A stretch of 63,876 nt of DNA, filler included, from the NCBI RefSeq assembly GCF_002087085.1. It is 4 parts of 4 records of this genome, joined end to end, with 100 filler letters (N's around TTAATTAATTAA, not from the genome) between each part and the next. Parts side by side here need not be neighbours in the genome. Positions count along the whole stretch, not along the records: positions 1 to 20,904 come from NZ_MWQY01000033.1; 3 more parts are not named here. The stretch is one strand, 5' to 3'. The translations under genes and the position numbers were made by a program. The notes under the pieces are model-generated. The model ran no database searches. It was given only the letters and a program-made list of their open reading frames with translations, and was not told the origin of the DNA. This document shows positions 1 through 9,025 of this stretch, in pieces (position 1 is the stretch's first letter; each line of letters begins with the position of its first letter).

Positions 1-1474
1 GCATCTCTTCCAGGGTCCTGAGCACAGCCTTTACCATGGGGGGCGGGCCGCACATGTAGATCTTCCAGCCCTTCAGGTCCATGTTCTTCAGGCTCTCGGT
101 TACAAAACCGGTATTCCCCTTCCAATCCTCCCCGGGCCAGGCCACGGTTCTGACGTATTCAAATACATCGCTCCTTTTCCCTGCATCCTCAAAGAAGCTG
201 TCGTACAGAAAATCCCCTTCCCTGTTTACACCGTACAGGAGTACGGCCTTTGTAATTCTTCCGGGATTTTCGGAGATATCCTTCACAATGGGAACAAAGG
301 GGGTTATGCCGATGCCGCCGCCGATAAAGAGGACCTTGTCCGCTTTCTTGTCAACCACAAGGTCCCGGCCCATGGGTCCCTCGAGCTGAACCTGCATGCC
401 TTCGGTGAAATCCCGGAACACGATGTCCGATGCATAGCCGCCCTCCTTCTTCTGGACCGTCACGGAGAGCCGGTCAGGGTCATCCGGGGTCCTTGAGCTG
501 ATGGAATAGGCCCGGTACATCTCAGGTTCATCGGAAACCTTGATCAGCACAAACTGTCCGGGGGCATACTCAATCTTTCTGCCTGTATTCCTGTCTGCAT
601 CCATACGGAAGGTGAACTCCCGGACGCTGGGGGAAATCTGCTCGATCTTTTCAATTACCGCACGTACGGGTGTCCGTTTTTCGTAGCCCTCCAGAACTGT
701 CGTCTGCTTCAGATAATCCGCCTCCTTCGCCGTTGCCAGCTGAAGCTGGTTTGCCGGGCAGTTGGCAACGCAGGTACCGCAGCGAATGCAGAGCTCGCTG
801 TTGAACTGGTTATTCCCGTCAAAGTTCTGGAAAGGAGAAAGCTGAACGGGACACACCCGGGCGCAGGTCGCGCACTTGTGACATTTGTCCGTGGAGGCAA
901 TGGTGACCTTTTTGTCGAAGCCGTGGTTCAGCTTTGTGACTTTACCAAGCTTGTAGAAAACATGCCCCAGGCTCCCCATGGGACAGAAGGAGCACCAGGA
1001 ACGGGGATTCAGCATGGAGAGGGCGAAACCCAGGACCGTGGGCATTACCAGATACTGCTTGCCCATGAGCATACCGAACTTTCCCATAAACTCCGGGTTT
1101 CCCCAGAGGGGCATGACCCTGGCAAGACGCACGAAAAACATGAACATGTAAATTGCAAAGAAGACCCAGCGGGTTACGGGGGATTTAAAGATTCTCGGTA
1201 TTTTAATGAACCTGGAAGCCGACATGGATACTTTATCAAAAAGGCTTCCGTGGGGGCAGAGATTCCCGCACCAGTATCTTCCCTGAAAAAACCCGCTTCC
1301 CATAATTACAAGCATTATGGCGAACACGAATAGTCCGAGGAGTGGATAGTAGAGAGATCCAAAAGCTACGATCGGGACCAGTACCCAGGAGTATTTCCTG
1401 ATGCCGGTAAACGTCCTTTCCGTCTTCAGATAGAATTGTGCTGGCCGTACTGTTTTGTCAGTAACTGTCTGCAT
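1..1474 (-). CDS. Membrane 4Fe-4S binding protein fused to an FAD/NAD(P)-binding ferredoxin-reductase domain; 3' end runs off the contig and is found at 41782-41889
   Basis: Manual translation from ATG 1474 (absent from the ORF track because there is no stop). TM helices, CGNLCPHG and CSFCPMG motifs, two CxxCxxCxxxCP clusters, then RAYSISS, GGGIGITP and YMCGPPPM reductase motifs. Confidence 0.9.
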   Translation of the reverse strand, partial: MQTVTDKTVRPAQFYLKTERTFTGIRKYSWVLVPIVAFGSLYYPLLGLFVFAIMLVIMGSGFFQGRYWCGNLCPHGSLFDKVSMSASRFIKIPRIFKSPVTRWVFFAIYMFMFFVRLARVMPLWGNPEFMGKFGMLMGKQYLVMPTVLGFALSMLNPRSWCSFCPMGSLGHVFYKLGKVTKLNHGFDKKVTIASTDKCHKCATCARVCPVQLSPFQNFDGNNQFNSELCIRCGTCVANCPANQLQLATAKEADYLKQTTVLEGYEKRTPVRAVIEKIEQISPSVREFTFRMDADRNTGRKIEYAPGQFVLIKVSDEPEMYRAYSISSRTPDDPDRLSVTVQKKEGGYASDIVFRDFTEGMQVQLEGPMGRDLVVDKKADKVLFIGGGIGITPFVPIVKDISENPGRITKAVLLYGVNREGDFLYDSFFEDAGKRSDVFEYVRTVAWPGEDWKGNTGFVTESLKNMDLKGWKIYMCGPPPMVKAVLRTLEEM

Positions 1475-1522
1475 AATAACCGCCGTGTTGTTATGATTTT
1501 TATGAAGTTCCGGCAGTCTATT

Positions 1523-1547
1523 ATACTTGCTTTATATAGTCAAGTTC
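1523..1547. promoter_or_regulatory. Possible Rrf2/IscR-type operator
   Basis: Quasi-palindrome ACTTGACT-ATATA-AAGCAAGT (minus strand) about 50 bp upstream of the Fe-S gene; resembles the IscR type-1 box. Confidence 0.4.
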
Positions 1548-1587
1548 TTATATAGAAAGGCAAGTCCCCTGCTGTCAGTATTCAACA

Positions 1588-2355
1588 TCACATCTCATAA
1601 AAACCGATCGAGAATGTAAAGGAATCCCCCAGCCAGTTCACCACGCGAAAAAAGTAGTACCCGGTATCCGGGGCGGAATAATATATAACCTCGTCCTCAC
1701 CGCCGCTGCCGCTATTGCTTCTCGTAAGGATATCGCCATACGTCGAGTAAAGACTCAAATCCGCGTTATCGGGGTAGTAAAAATCAGTTATTACAATCCT
1801 GTAGGTTTTTCCGCGCTGCATCCATCCGCGATAGCTTACGTATCCGGGGCTCATGGGCATAAACTGATTGTTGAACCAGGAGCCGTTCGTTATGGAAGAA
1901 TACCCTTCGTCCGGTTCCCAGGTACCATTACATAAGTCGACAGCCCAGCCACTGTCATAATTGCTGAAATCACTGTACCCAAATTGATTATAGGCCTTTA
2001 TCTTGAAAAAATAGGTTGTTCCGTCGCCTCCATCATAATCATCATAGAGTGTACCTGAACAGGTGTCGAAGGCAGTATAGGTTCCATCAATACTACTGGC
2101 CCAATAGATTTCATAGCCATCAGCACCGTAGGAGGCGTTCCAGGTCAGCCGTATAAACGATATGTAGGTACCGTCGCTGGCTTGTACTCCGGTGGGTGCT
2201 TCTGGAGCAGTAGTGATAAAAGGTTCAGAGGGTGTTGGTGGCTCGTCGCCGGATCCGCCTCCTGCAGACGGACAACTGACAAATGCCAGTACAAATACTA
2301 CCGCCGCAATGCTGGACAATGTTGATTTTACACTATTCCTATTCATGCTGTTCAA
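1588..2355 (-). CDS. Lipoprotein with fibronectin type III domain and PPC-like C-terminal beta domain
   Basis: Signal peptide ending FVS-C; APTGVQASDG...LTWNAS...YEIY...YFFKIKAYN FN3 pattern; DLSLY...DEVIYY..PDTGYYFFRV. Confidence 0.7.
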   Translation of the reverse strand: MNSMNRNSVKSTLSSIAAVVFVLAFVSCPSAGGGSGDEPPTPSEPFITTAPEAPTGVQASDGTYISFIRLTWNASYGADGYEIYWASSIDGTYTAFDTCSGTLYDDYDGGDGTTYFFKIKAYNQFGYSDFSNYDSGWAVDLCNGTWEPDEGYSSITNGSWFNNQFMPMSPGYVSYRGWMQRGKTYRIVITDFYYPDNADLSLYSTYGDILTRSNSGSGGEDEVIYYSAPDTGYYFFRVVNWLGDSFTFSIGFYEM

Positions 2356-2418
2356 GATAAACCTGTCTTGAAAGCGACTCTATCGCGCAGGGAATTCTTT
2401 TTTGTTCTGAAGGAATTT

Positions 2419-3426
2419 TTACTTTTTTCTATTGCCCACAAGCGTTTTGGGTAGAAATCCATGGTAGCGATAGAACGCCTTTGAAAAAGAACTGAAGCTG
2501 CTGTATCCTACCGCCAGGGCCACCTCCCCGACAGTAAGAGCTCTGTCCAGGAGCAGTTCGCGGGCCCTTTCCATTCGTAGCTGCCGCACATACGAGAATA
2601 TGGTGGTACCGTACTGAATTCGAAATCCCTGCTTGAGTTTTGTGGTGTTCAGACCAACCCTTCCTGCAAGTTCACGGATGCAGGGAGGGTCAAAAGCTTC
2701 CCTGACAAGTATTTCCATGGCTTCCTCCAGGTGCCTGCGATCGCTTGCGGAAATTTTCAACTGCAGCGCCTTTGTCCTTTCAGGTTGCAGGAGTTCATAG
2801 ACTCTTAACGAAAAAATCTCCATCAGTTTGGCTTCCATATAAAGCCGTAAAAGTGAACCACAAAGCGGGCAGTGAAGCAGCTGAAAAACAGCAAGACGAG
2901 AATACGTGTTCGTCGGAGCAGGAAGAAAGGCGCGGTCAGAAGAAAGATTTTCAATTATTTTTCGCATCTCCATGGTCCATGGTATCTGGAGTTCATTGCC
3001 CAGCCTCCAAAACAGATTTTCAGTAATAAAAAGGCTGAATTCCTCAAGCTGCTCGCCTGTATTAATATCGATAACTCCATACGCCGGGCCTGAAAGAAGA
3101 AATCCGTCCCATCGCTTGACCTCGATCCGTCCTGGAATACCATCAACAGAAAAGATCGACGGACTGCTGGACAGATGCAGGGTGAGTTTCATAAACGCAT
3201 CTGATGCCCGCACCACGATTCTGCTCGAGCTTGCGGATTCGGGAATAGAAAGTGTCCCGTATCCGAGATCGCTGCTTACGGAAGTGAACGAGGCCGTTCC
3301 TTCTCCAATTTCTTCAGGAAGTGGAAGGGGTATTCTTTTCAGTGGATCAGCAGGGCATGATACATCAGCTTCATCACCATAAAAAAGCTGAGGGGGAACC
3401 TCTGACTGACCGGATGAATACGGCAT
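2419..3426 (-). CDS. AraC family transcriptional regulator
   Basis: C-terminal double HTH: ELAGRVGLNTTKLKQGF...EVALAVGYSSFSSFSKAF. Confidence 0.9.
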   Translation of the reverse strand: MPYSSGQSEVPPQLFYGDEADVSCPADPLKRIPLPLPEEIGEGTASFTSVSSDLGYGTLSIPESASSSRIVVRASDAFMKLTLHLSSSPSIFSVDGIPGRIEVKRWDGFLLSGPAYGVIDINTGEQLEEFSLFITENLFWRLGNELQIPWTMEMRKIIENLSSDRAFLPAPTNTYSRLAVFQLLHCPLCGSLLRLYMEAKLMEIFSLRVYELLQPERTKALQLKISASDRRHLEEAMEILVREAFDPPCIRELAGRVGLNTTKLKQGFRIQYGTTIFSYVRQLRMERARELLLDRALTVGEVALAVGYSSFSSFSKAFYRYHGFLPKTLVGNRKK

Positions 3427-3471
3427 AGATACAATTATACACCCTCCTCGGTCTATTTATATGAAAAATAA

Positions 3472-4557
3472 CTACCCGAATCTCTCCTCGATCACCGTCG
3501 CCATCTCCTGGGCCCGGACAGCCAGTTCCACGGCTTTAAAGGCGTGTTCCTGGGTCATGGCAGTCTCGGTCCTATCCAGGCAGTCCCGGATAAGCTGCCC
3601 GAAGAAGGGATACCCCACCTTGCCCCGTACGGAGAAGTGCTGCATACCCTCATGATTTACCAGATAAACCTGGTCGCCCTCGTCGTCCCGACAGATATCC
3701 AGGTACTTCCGCAGCTCGATGTAGCCCTCGGTCCCCAGGATAGTCAGTCGTCCGTCTCCCCAGACAGGAAGTCCATCGGGGGTAAACCAGTCCACCCGGA
3801 AGTAGCTGGTGGCTCCGTTATCGCCGACCAGGACGGCATCCCCGAAATCCTCAAAGTTCGGATGGTCCCCGTGATTATGGTTAGCCACCTGGCTGTGGAC
3901 GACTCTGGCATCCTGTTCCCCGCTGAAATAGAGGAACTGCTCGATCTGGTGGCTGCCGATATCGCAGAGGATCCCGCCGAAACGATCCTTCTCCCAGAAC
4001 CAGTCCGGGCGAACCCTGCCGATCCGGTGGGGTCCGGTTCCCAGCACCTGCAGCACCCGGCCGACAGCACCCTGTTCCACAAGCTGTCCTGCAAAGACGG
4101 CGCTCTCCACATGCAGACGCTCGCTGTAATAGACGGCGTATTTTTTCCCGGTTTCTTCGGTCTTTCTTTTGGCTTTTTCCAGCTGTTCCAGGGTCGTTAA
4201 GGGCGTCTTGTCGCAGAAATAGTCCTTGTCGTGGTCCATTACCCGGATCCCCAGGGCACAGCGGTCCGCCGGAACCGCAGCCCCGGCTACCAGCTTTACC
4301 GCCGGATCCTCCAGCACCTCTGTCTCAGAACGCGCGGCATGTACACCGGGAAAGCGGTTTACAAAAGCCTCGACTTTTTCGGGGTCCGGGTCCCAGACCC
4401 ATTTCAGTTCTCCCCCGGCCTCGAGAAGACCATTGCACATTCCGTAGATATGCCCGTGGTCGAGTCCCACTGCAGCAAAAGGGAACTCCCCCTTATCGCA
4501 GACCGGATCCGTTTTTCCCTTGGGTGCGTAATTCGCTCCATCGGCTTTTTGAAACAT
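3472..4557 (-). CDS. Gfo/Idh/MocA family oxidoreductase
   Basis: VGLDHGH Rossmann start, CDKTP motif, GGILCDIGSHQ. Confidence 0.9.
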   Translation of the reverse strand: MFQKADGANYAPKGKTDPVCDKGEFPFAAVGLDHGHIYGMCNGLLEAGGELKWVWDPDPEKVEAFVNRFPGVHAARSETEVLEDPAVKLVAGAAVPADRCALGIRVMDHDKDYFCDKTPLTTLEQLEKAKRKTEETGKKYAVYYSERLHVESAVFAGQLVEQGAVGRVLQVLGTGPHRIGRVRPDWFWEKDRFGGILCDIGSHQIEQFLYFSGEQDARVVHSQVANHNHGDHPNFEDFGDAVLVGDNGATSYFRVDWFTPDGLPVWGDGRLTILGTEGYIELRKYLDICRDDEGDQVYLVNHEGMQHFSVRGKVGYPFFGQLIRDCLDRTETAMTQEHAFKAVELAVRAQEMATVIEERFG

Positions 4558-4591
4558 CTTCGAGGCTCCTCATGATAAACCGTCGTTTTGT

Positions 4592-5326
4592 CTAGAATTC
4601 CTCCACCCCGAACTCCAGTTCGGAGACGCAGGTATCGTCATAGTGGCTGCCCCTGTAGACATCCTGGATACGGATCCTCACTCCGTAAAACCCGTAGATC
4701 TCACGGATCAATCCCAGATTCAGGGGATCCCGCCAGTCATTGGAAGGAACTCCCAGCTCATCGAGGGCCATGGAAAAAAGATCCGGATAATCCGTGGAAA
4801 ACTGCTCCAGGGTTTCAAGGTAAAAATCTTTCTGAAGATCTTCCAGGCGGTAGAGGGCAAGGGACTGCTCCTCCATGCTGTCCCGCAGTTCAAAGGTACC
4901 GGGAAGGGCCTTCTCCTTCAGAAAATAGAGGCTGTAGTCCAGCTCGGTCACAAGTCCCGGAGCCGTCATCCCTGCAACAAAAGAGACAGAGACCTCCCTG
5001 ACGCGGTTGTTGCGCTCAAAGAGCCTCCGGGACCGGGCAAAACCGTTGACCACGCTTATCCGGCTGACAAGCCGCTGAGTCATGACTGTCAGCGACTCCC
5101 CCACGCCGCTGCCCGGGACCCCTTCAACCCAGGGGCTCCCTGTATCCCCGTCAAAAAGAGCCTCGGGACCGTAGGTCACACTTCTGCCTCCGATGGTCTC
5201 GCTGAGGGACGAACTTGCCCAGAGGGACCGGGAAGGGCCCACGGAGAACTCCTGCCATCCTCCGTTCTGTGCAACAGCGGGGATAAGCAGGGCCGTCATG
5301 ATGATCGGGAAAAACACCTTCTTCAT
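4592..5326 (-). CDS. Secreted protein with discoidin-like/NADase-type glycan-binding domain
   Basis: Signal peptide; LFDGDTGSPWVEG..G.GE, VNGF...NNRV, DVYRG..YDDTCVSE pattern. Confidence 0.6.
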   Translation of the reverse strand: MKKVFFPIIMTALLIPAVAQNGGWQEFSVGPSRSLWASSSLSETIGGRSVTYGPEALFDGDTGSPWVEGVPGSGVGESLTVMTQRLVSRISVVNGFARSRRLFERNNRVREVSVSFVAGMTAPGLVTELDYSLYFLKEKALPGTFELRDSMEEQSLALYRLEDLQKDFYLETLEQFSTDYPDLFSMALDELGVPSNDWRDPLNLGLIREIYGFYGVRIRIQDVYRGSHYDDTCVSELEFGVEEF

Positions 5327-6147
5327 TTTAAACCTCCCTGTTTGATTATGGGCACCTCTAAAAACGTGGTATTTTTTCCATAGTCAAGGAGGAAAGATTT
5401 TGTAGCGCCCGCAAACTCTTGTGGCAACAAGAGTTGAGGACCGCGGGAAATCTTGACAACGCAGGATATGGGGAAAAGAGTAGTTTTTAGAAGTGCCCTT
5501 AATTCAGTTTTTGTATCCTCGGAAATAAACCGGTATTCCATCTGTTCATAGCCTTCCAGCTTTTCCTCCCGTTCTTCCATGGCCCTGAGAATCTCCTCCG
5601 CTTCCCCGGGACTGAGCTTCAGGTACCGGATAATCTCCTTACGATAGAAAAAATCCCCCTTCAGCGCTACAAGATCCCTGACGTATTCCTTTCTGCTCTT
5701 TTCGCAGTAATCCAGGGGAGAGGGGAGACCCAGTAAAGCCGGGCTGAGATCCCGAACGAGCTGATTAGTGCGGTTCATATCATATCCCTCGTCTTTTTCG
5801 TAAGGGGCGAATACTTTCTGCTCCAGTGAATAGAGCTCGGAATCCGGAACCCGGTTCTCCGCGATCCGCCGGGAATCAAACTCACCTGTGGGATTCAGAC
5901 GTATTTCAAATACCCCCTGGTCAACGGTAACCGGGATTCCTCCGTCGGGGAAACGGCTGATTCCGGTTTTGGGACGATACAGGTGGTAATTAAGCAGAAA
6001 ACAGATCTGTTCCCCGACTCTGTATCCCCTTCCGGCCTTAAAAGAGGTATGGACCTCTTCAACGGAACCGCCGGCAGCCGCGGACGTGACACAGACAAAT
6101 AAAAAAAACAGCGCAAAAACCGTAACCGGGACTTTTTGCTCCTTCAT
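5323..6147 (-). CDS. Exported hypothetical protein; last ~55 aa are encoded by and beyond a MITE
   Basis: N-terminal signal peptide; ORF reads through the 5350-5498 element. Confidence 0.65.
   Translation of the reverse strand: MKEQKVPVTVFALFFLFVCVTSAAAGGSVEEVHTSFKAGRGYRVGEQICFLLNYHLYRPKTGISRFPDGGIPVTVDQGVFEIRLNPTGEFDSRRIAENRVPDSELYSLEQKVFAPYEKDEGYDMNRTNQLVRDLSPALLGLPSPLDYCEKSRKEYVRDLVALKGDFFYRKEIIRYLKLSPGEAEEILRAMEEREEKLEGYEQMEYRFISEDTKTELRALLKTTLFPISCVVKISRGPQLLLPQEFAGATKSFLLDYGKNTTFLEVPIIKQGGLK
5350..5498. mobile_element. MITE-like element, copy 1
   Basis: Terminal inverted repeats GGGCACCTCTAAAAAC / GTTTTTAGAAGTGCCC (15/16 match); interior homologous to 19191-19328. Confidence 0.75.
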
Positions 6148-6215
6148 GCTCCCAGTATAGCACACCTGCAGCGGACCCGTGGTATAATGGGGACAGGAAA
6201 AAACAGGGAGAAGAT

Positions 6216-6701
6216 ATGAAAATCGAAAACGCTAATGGAAAGACTGTCCGGAATATCACTGGAGAAGATTTACATCAGGAAATCGCGGCGCTGAATGAGG
6301 AAAACAACTTTCTGATTCTGTCTGATGGGGATGATTATATTCAATGCGCTGTATCGGGTTCAGGTTTTATCGTCGAGTATCAGGACAGCACCGGACACTA
6401 CAGCAGCGATGATGCTTTATCCTCAGACGCAATCGAAAAACTCTTCAAAGCCTACCTGTCGCGTTCCACTGAATGGCGCGGCATGGCAGGCTGGGCAAAA
6501 GGCTCAGGTCCGGCAGGGGCAAATGAGTCTGTAGTTTCCCCGGAAAAAGGGGATAGCTTTGCCGATACCCTGAAGAAGGACCTCTCCCCGGGAAAAATCC
6601 TGGATTCTGTAAAGCGGCAGGTGTCGCGGGAGATAAGCCGGGGTGTATCGCGTAAAACCTCCGGCACCGTCGGACGCATGATACGTAAGTTCTTCAAATA
6701 G
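6216..6701 (+). CDS. Hypothetical protein
   Basis: 161-aa ORF with GGAGA RBS; co-oriented with the flavodoxin gene. Confidence 0.7.
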   Translation: MKIENANGKTVRNITGEDLHQEIAALNEENNFLILSDGDDYIQCAVSGSGFIVEYQDSTGHYSSDDALSSDAIEKLFKAYLSRSTEWRGMAGWAKGSGPAGANESVVSPEKGDSFADTLKKDLSPGKILDSVKRQVSREISRGVSRKTSGTVGRMIRKFFK

Positions 6702-6710
6702 GACACATTC

Positions 6711-7199
6711 ATGAAAATCCTGATAGTGTATGATTCTTTTTTCGGGAATACGGAGAAGATAGCCCTGACCATGAAAAAGGCCCTTGGGAGGGACCCCAGG
6801 GTCAGCGAGGCCTCAGCCCTCAGGGTTGGGGACGCGGATCCGGAAAATCTGGAAAGCCTGTCCATGCTGATAGTCGGATCTCCTACCCGCGCCTTTCGCC
6901 CCTCCCCTGCCGTCACCGGATTTCTAAAACGAATACCCCCAAAAGGATTAGCCGGGAAAAAAGCGGCAGCCTTCGATACGGGAATTTCCCTGGAAGACGC
7001 CAGCCCCCGCTTCCTGAGAATTTTTATCCGGCTCTTCGGCTACGCGGCCAAACCGATCGCCGCAGGGCTGGTAAAAAAAGGTGCCAGTCTTGTCATAGCC
7101 CCTGAAGGCTTCCTGGTACAGGACACGGAAGGCCCTTTGAAGGAGGGAGAAACGGAACGGGCTGCCCAATGGGCCGGGAAATGTATCGGGAACGAATAA
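6711..7199 (+). CDS. Flavodoxin family protein
   Basis: IVYDSFFGNTEKIA FMN loop, VGSPT, AAFDT. Confidence 0.9.
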   Translation: MKILIVYDSFFGNTEKIALTMKKALGRDPRVSEASALRVGDADPENLESLSMLIVGSPTRAFRPSPAVTGFLKRIPPKGLAGKKAAAFDTGISLEDASPRFLRIFIRLFGYAAKPIAAGLVKKGASLVIAPEGFLVQDTEGPLKEGETERAAQWAGKCIGNE

Positions 7200-7521
7200 A
7201 AAGAAGTAAAGCAGGCGGAACATGGGTGACAGAATGAGCCGTCTGCCTCTTCTTGTGTTCACTGCTGCCTTTCCTCTGACAGCCGTCTTTTCCCAGTCAA
7301 CCGGGGACCCCTAGCAGTAACTCCGCAATCGGATGGTCCGGGAAATCGGAGACGCTCAAATGACCGCTTACACGCCGGCAGGGATCGTCTGCATGAGGCC
7401 GTACTCAATACCCTTGAAAGGGTTCCCCTGCACCGCTTTGTCCCTGGGGCGTATCGATATTGCCGAGTCCGCGGCGGTTCTGCTCTATATCTGCGCCCTG
7501 CTTTTTATCCCCGGGTAATCC

Positions 7522-8976
7522 CTAGCCTTTTATATTTCCCACAGGCACCAGCTTCACAACCGGCGCGCTCAAACCCGCGGCTTCGCTAGCCCGGACAACC
7601 TCGTCAATATCCTTGTAGGCAGGTCCTGCCTCCTCTGCCAGGACCCCCCGGGAGCTGCTGCGGATATAGATTTCCTCTTCTTCCAGTCGTTTCTCTATTT
7701 CGTCCAGGCTGAACTGTTTTTTGGCCTGTCTTCGCCCCATAACGCGGCCGGAACCGTGGGCGCTGCTGAAAAAACTCCTGGCACCCCCGGAAACTCCTGC
7801 AAGCAGCCAGGAGCCGGTCTCCATGCTGCCTCCGATAATTACCGGCTGACCGGTCCTGCGGTATTCCGGGGGCAGATCCACACTCCCCGGAGGAAGGGCC
7901 CGGGTGGCACCCTTCCGGTGGACCAGCACGCGCTTTTCCACGCCATCCGTGAGATGGGTCTCAACCCTGGCGGTATTGTGGGTAACATCGTAGATCTGCC
8001 GCAGGCCCGTCTCGGCGGGACCTTTACCGAGGACTTCGGAAAAGACCTCCCTCAGCAGATGCAGAATAATCTGCCGGTTTGCAAAGGCCATATTGGCCGC
8101 ACAGCACATGGCCCGGTAATACGCCTGCCCCTCCGGCGCAGCAAAGGGCGCACAGGCAAGTTCGCGGTCGTTCACGGAAATACCGTATTTGGCATGGCTG
8201 ATTTTAGTAAAGAGTTTCAGGTAATCCGTGGCTATCTGATGACCGAAGCCCCTGCTCCCGCAGTGAAACATCACCACTATCTGGTTCGGACGTTCGATTC
8301 CAAAAACAGCGGCTGTATCCATGTCCCGTACGTTTCCGGGTTCGGCCACCTGGATTTCAAGATAGTGGTTACCCGAGCCCAGGGTACCGACCTGGGTACG
8401 TCCCCTCTCCAGGGCTTCCCGGCTGACCGCGGAGATATCCGCATCGTCCATGCAGCCCTCATCCTCCGTCCGCGCCAAATCTTCCTGTCCGGCATATCCC
8501 TTTTTGAGGCACCACCGGGCACCCTCGTGACACAGGTCACTGAACTCGCTGAGGGACAGATTCAGGGCGCCTTCACCGCCGACACCGGCGGGAATCCTGC
8601 TGTACAATGTATCCACGAGCTCACGAAGATTGGGCCGCAGCTCCTCCCAGGTCAGGGAGCTTGTCACCAGGCGCATCCCGCAGTTTATGTCAAAACCGAT
8701 TCCCCCTGGAGAGATCACCCCCTCTTCTGCGTCAAAGGCCGCGACACCGCCTATGGGAAAACCATAGCCTTTGTGTCCGTCGGGCATACACCAGGCCCGG
8801 TCAAGGATACCGGGAAGAGAAGCCACATTACTGATCTGATCGAAGACCGCATCGTCCATTCCTCCGATGAGTTTTTCAGTACCGGCGATGTGGACGGGAA
8901 CCTTCATTCCCTTTTTAAAGGATACAGGCAGCTCCCAGAGGGCCGCTTCCAGCTGCCGCAGCCCGTTCCGCTTCAT
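7522..8976 (-). CDS. rtcB: RNA-splicing/repair ligase RtcB
   Basis: MPDGHKGYGFPIGGV, GFDINCG, GTLGSGNHYLE, HCGSRG, HRKGAT, SAHGSGR motifs. Confidence 0.95.
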   Translation of the reverse strand: MKRNGLRQLEAALWELPVSFKKGMKVPVHIAGTEKLIGGMDDAVFDQISNVASLPGILDRAWCMPDGHKGYGFPIGGVAAFDAEEGVISPGGIGFDINCGMRLVTSSLTWEELRPNLRELVDTLYSRIPAGVGGEGALNLSLSEFSDLCHEGARWCLKKGYAGQEDLARTEDEGCMDDADISAVSREALERGRTQVGTLGSGNHYLEIQVAEPGNVRDMDTAAVFGIERPNQIVVMFHCGSRGFGHQIATDYLKLFTKISHAKYGISVNDRELACAPFAAPEGQAYYRAMCCAANMAFANRQIILHLLREVFSEVLGKGPAETGLRQIYDVTHNTARVETHLTDGVEKRVLVHRKGATRALPPGSVDLPPEYRRTGQPVIIGGSMETGSWLLAGVSGGARSFFSSAHGSGRVMGRRQAKKQFSLDEIEKRLEEEEIYIRSSSRGVLAEEAGPAYKDIDEVVRASEAAGLSAPVVKLVPVGNIKG

Positions 8977-9025
8977 ACAGGAATTCTACTCCTCCGGACA
9001 GCTGTAAATCAAGCGGAATACATGT

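Noticed and set aside
7522..8976. RtcB as the ligase that rejoins 23S after IVS removal
   Set aside because: Different contig. RNase III leaves 5'-P/3'-OH ends, whereas RtcB needs 3'-P or cyclic phosphate and 5'-OH; no supporting evidence.
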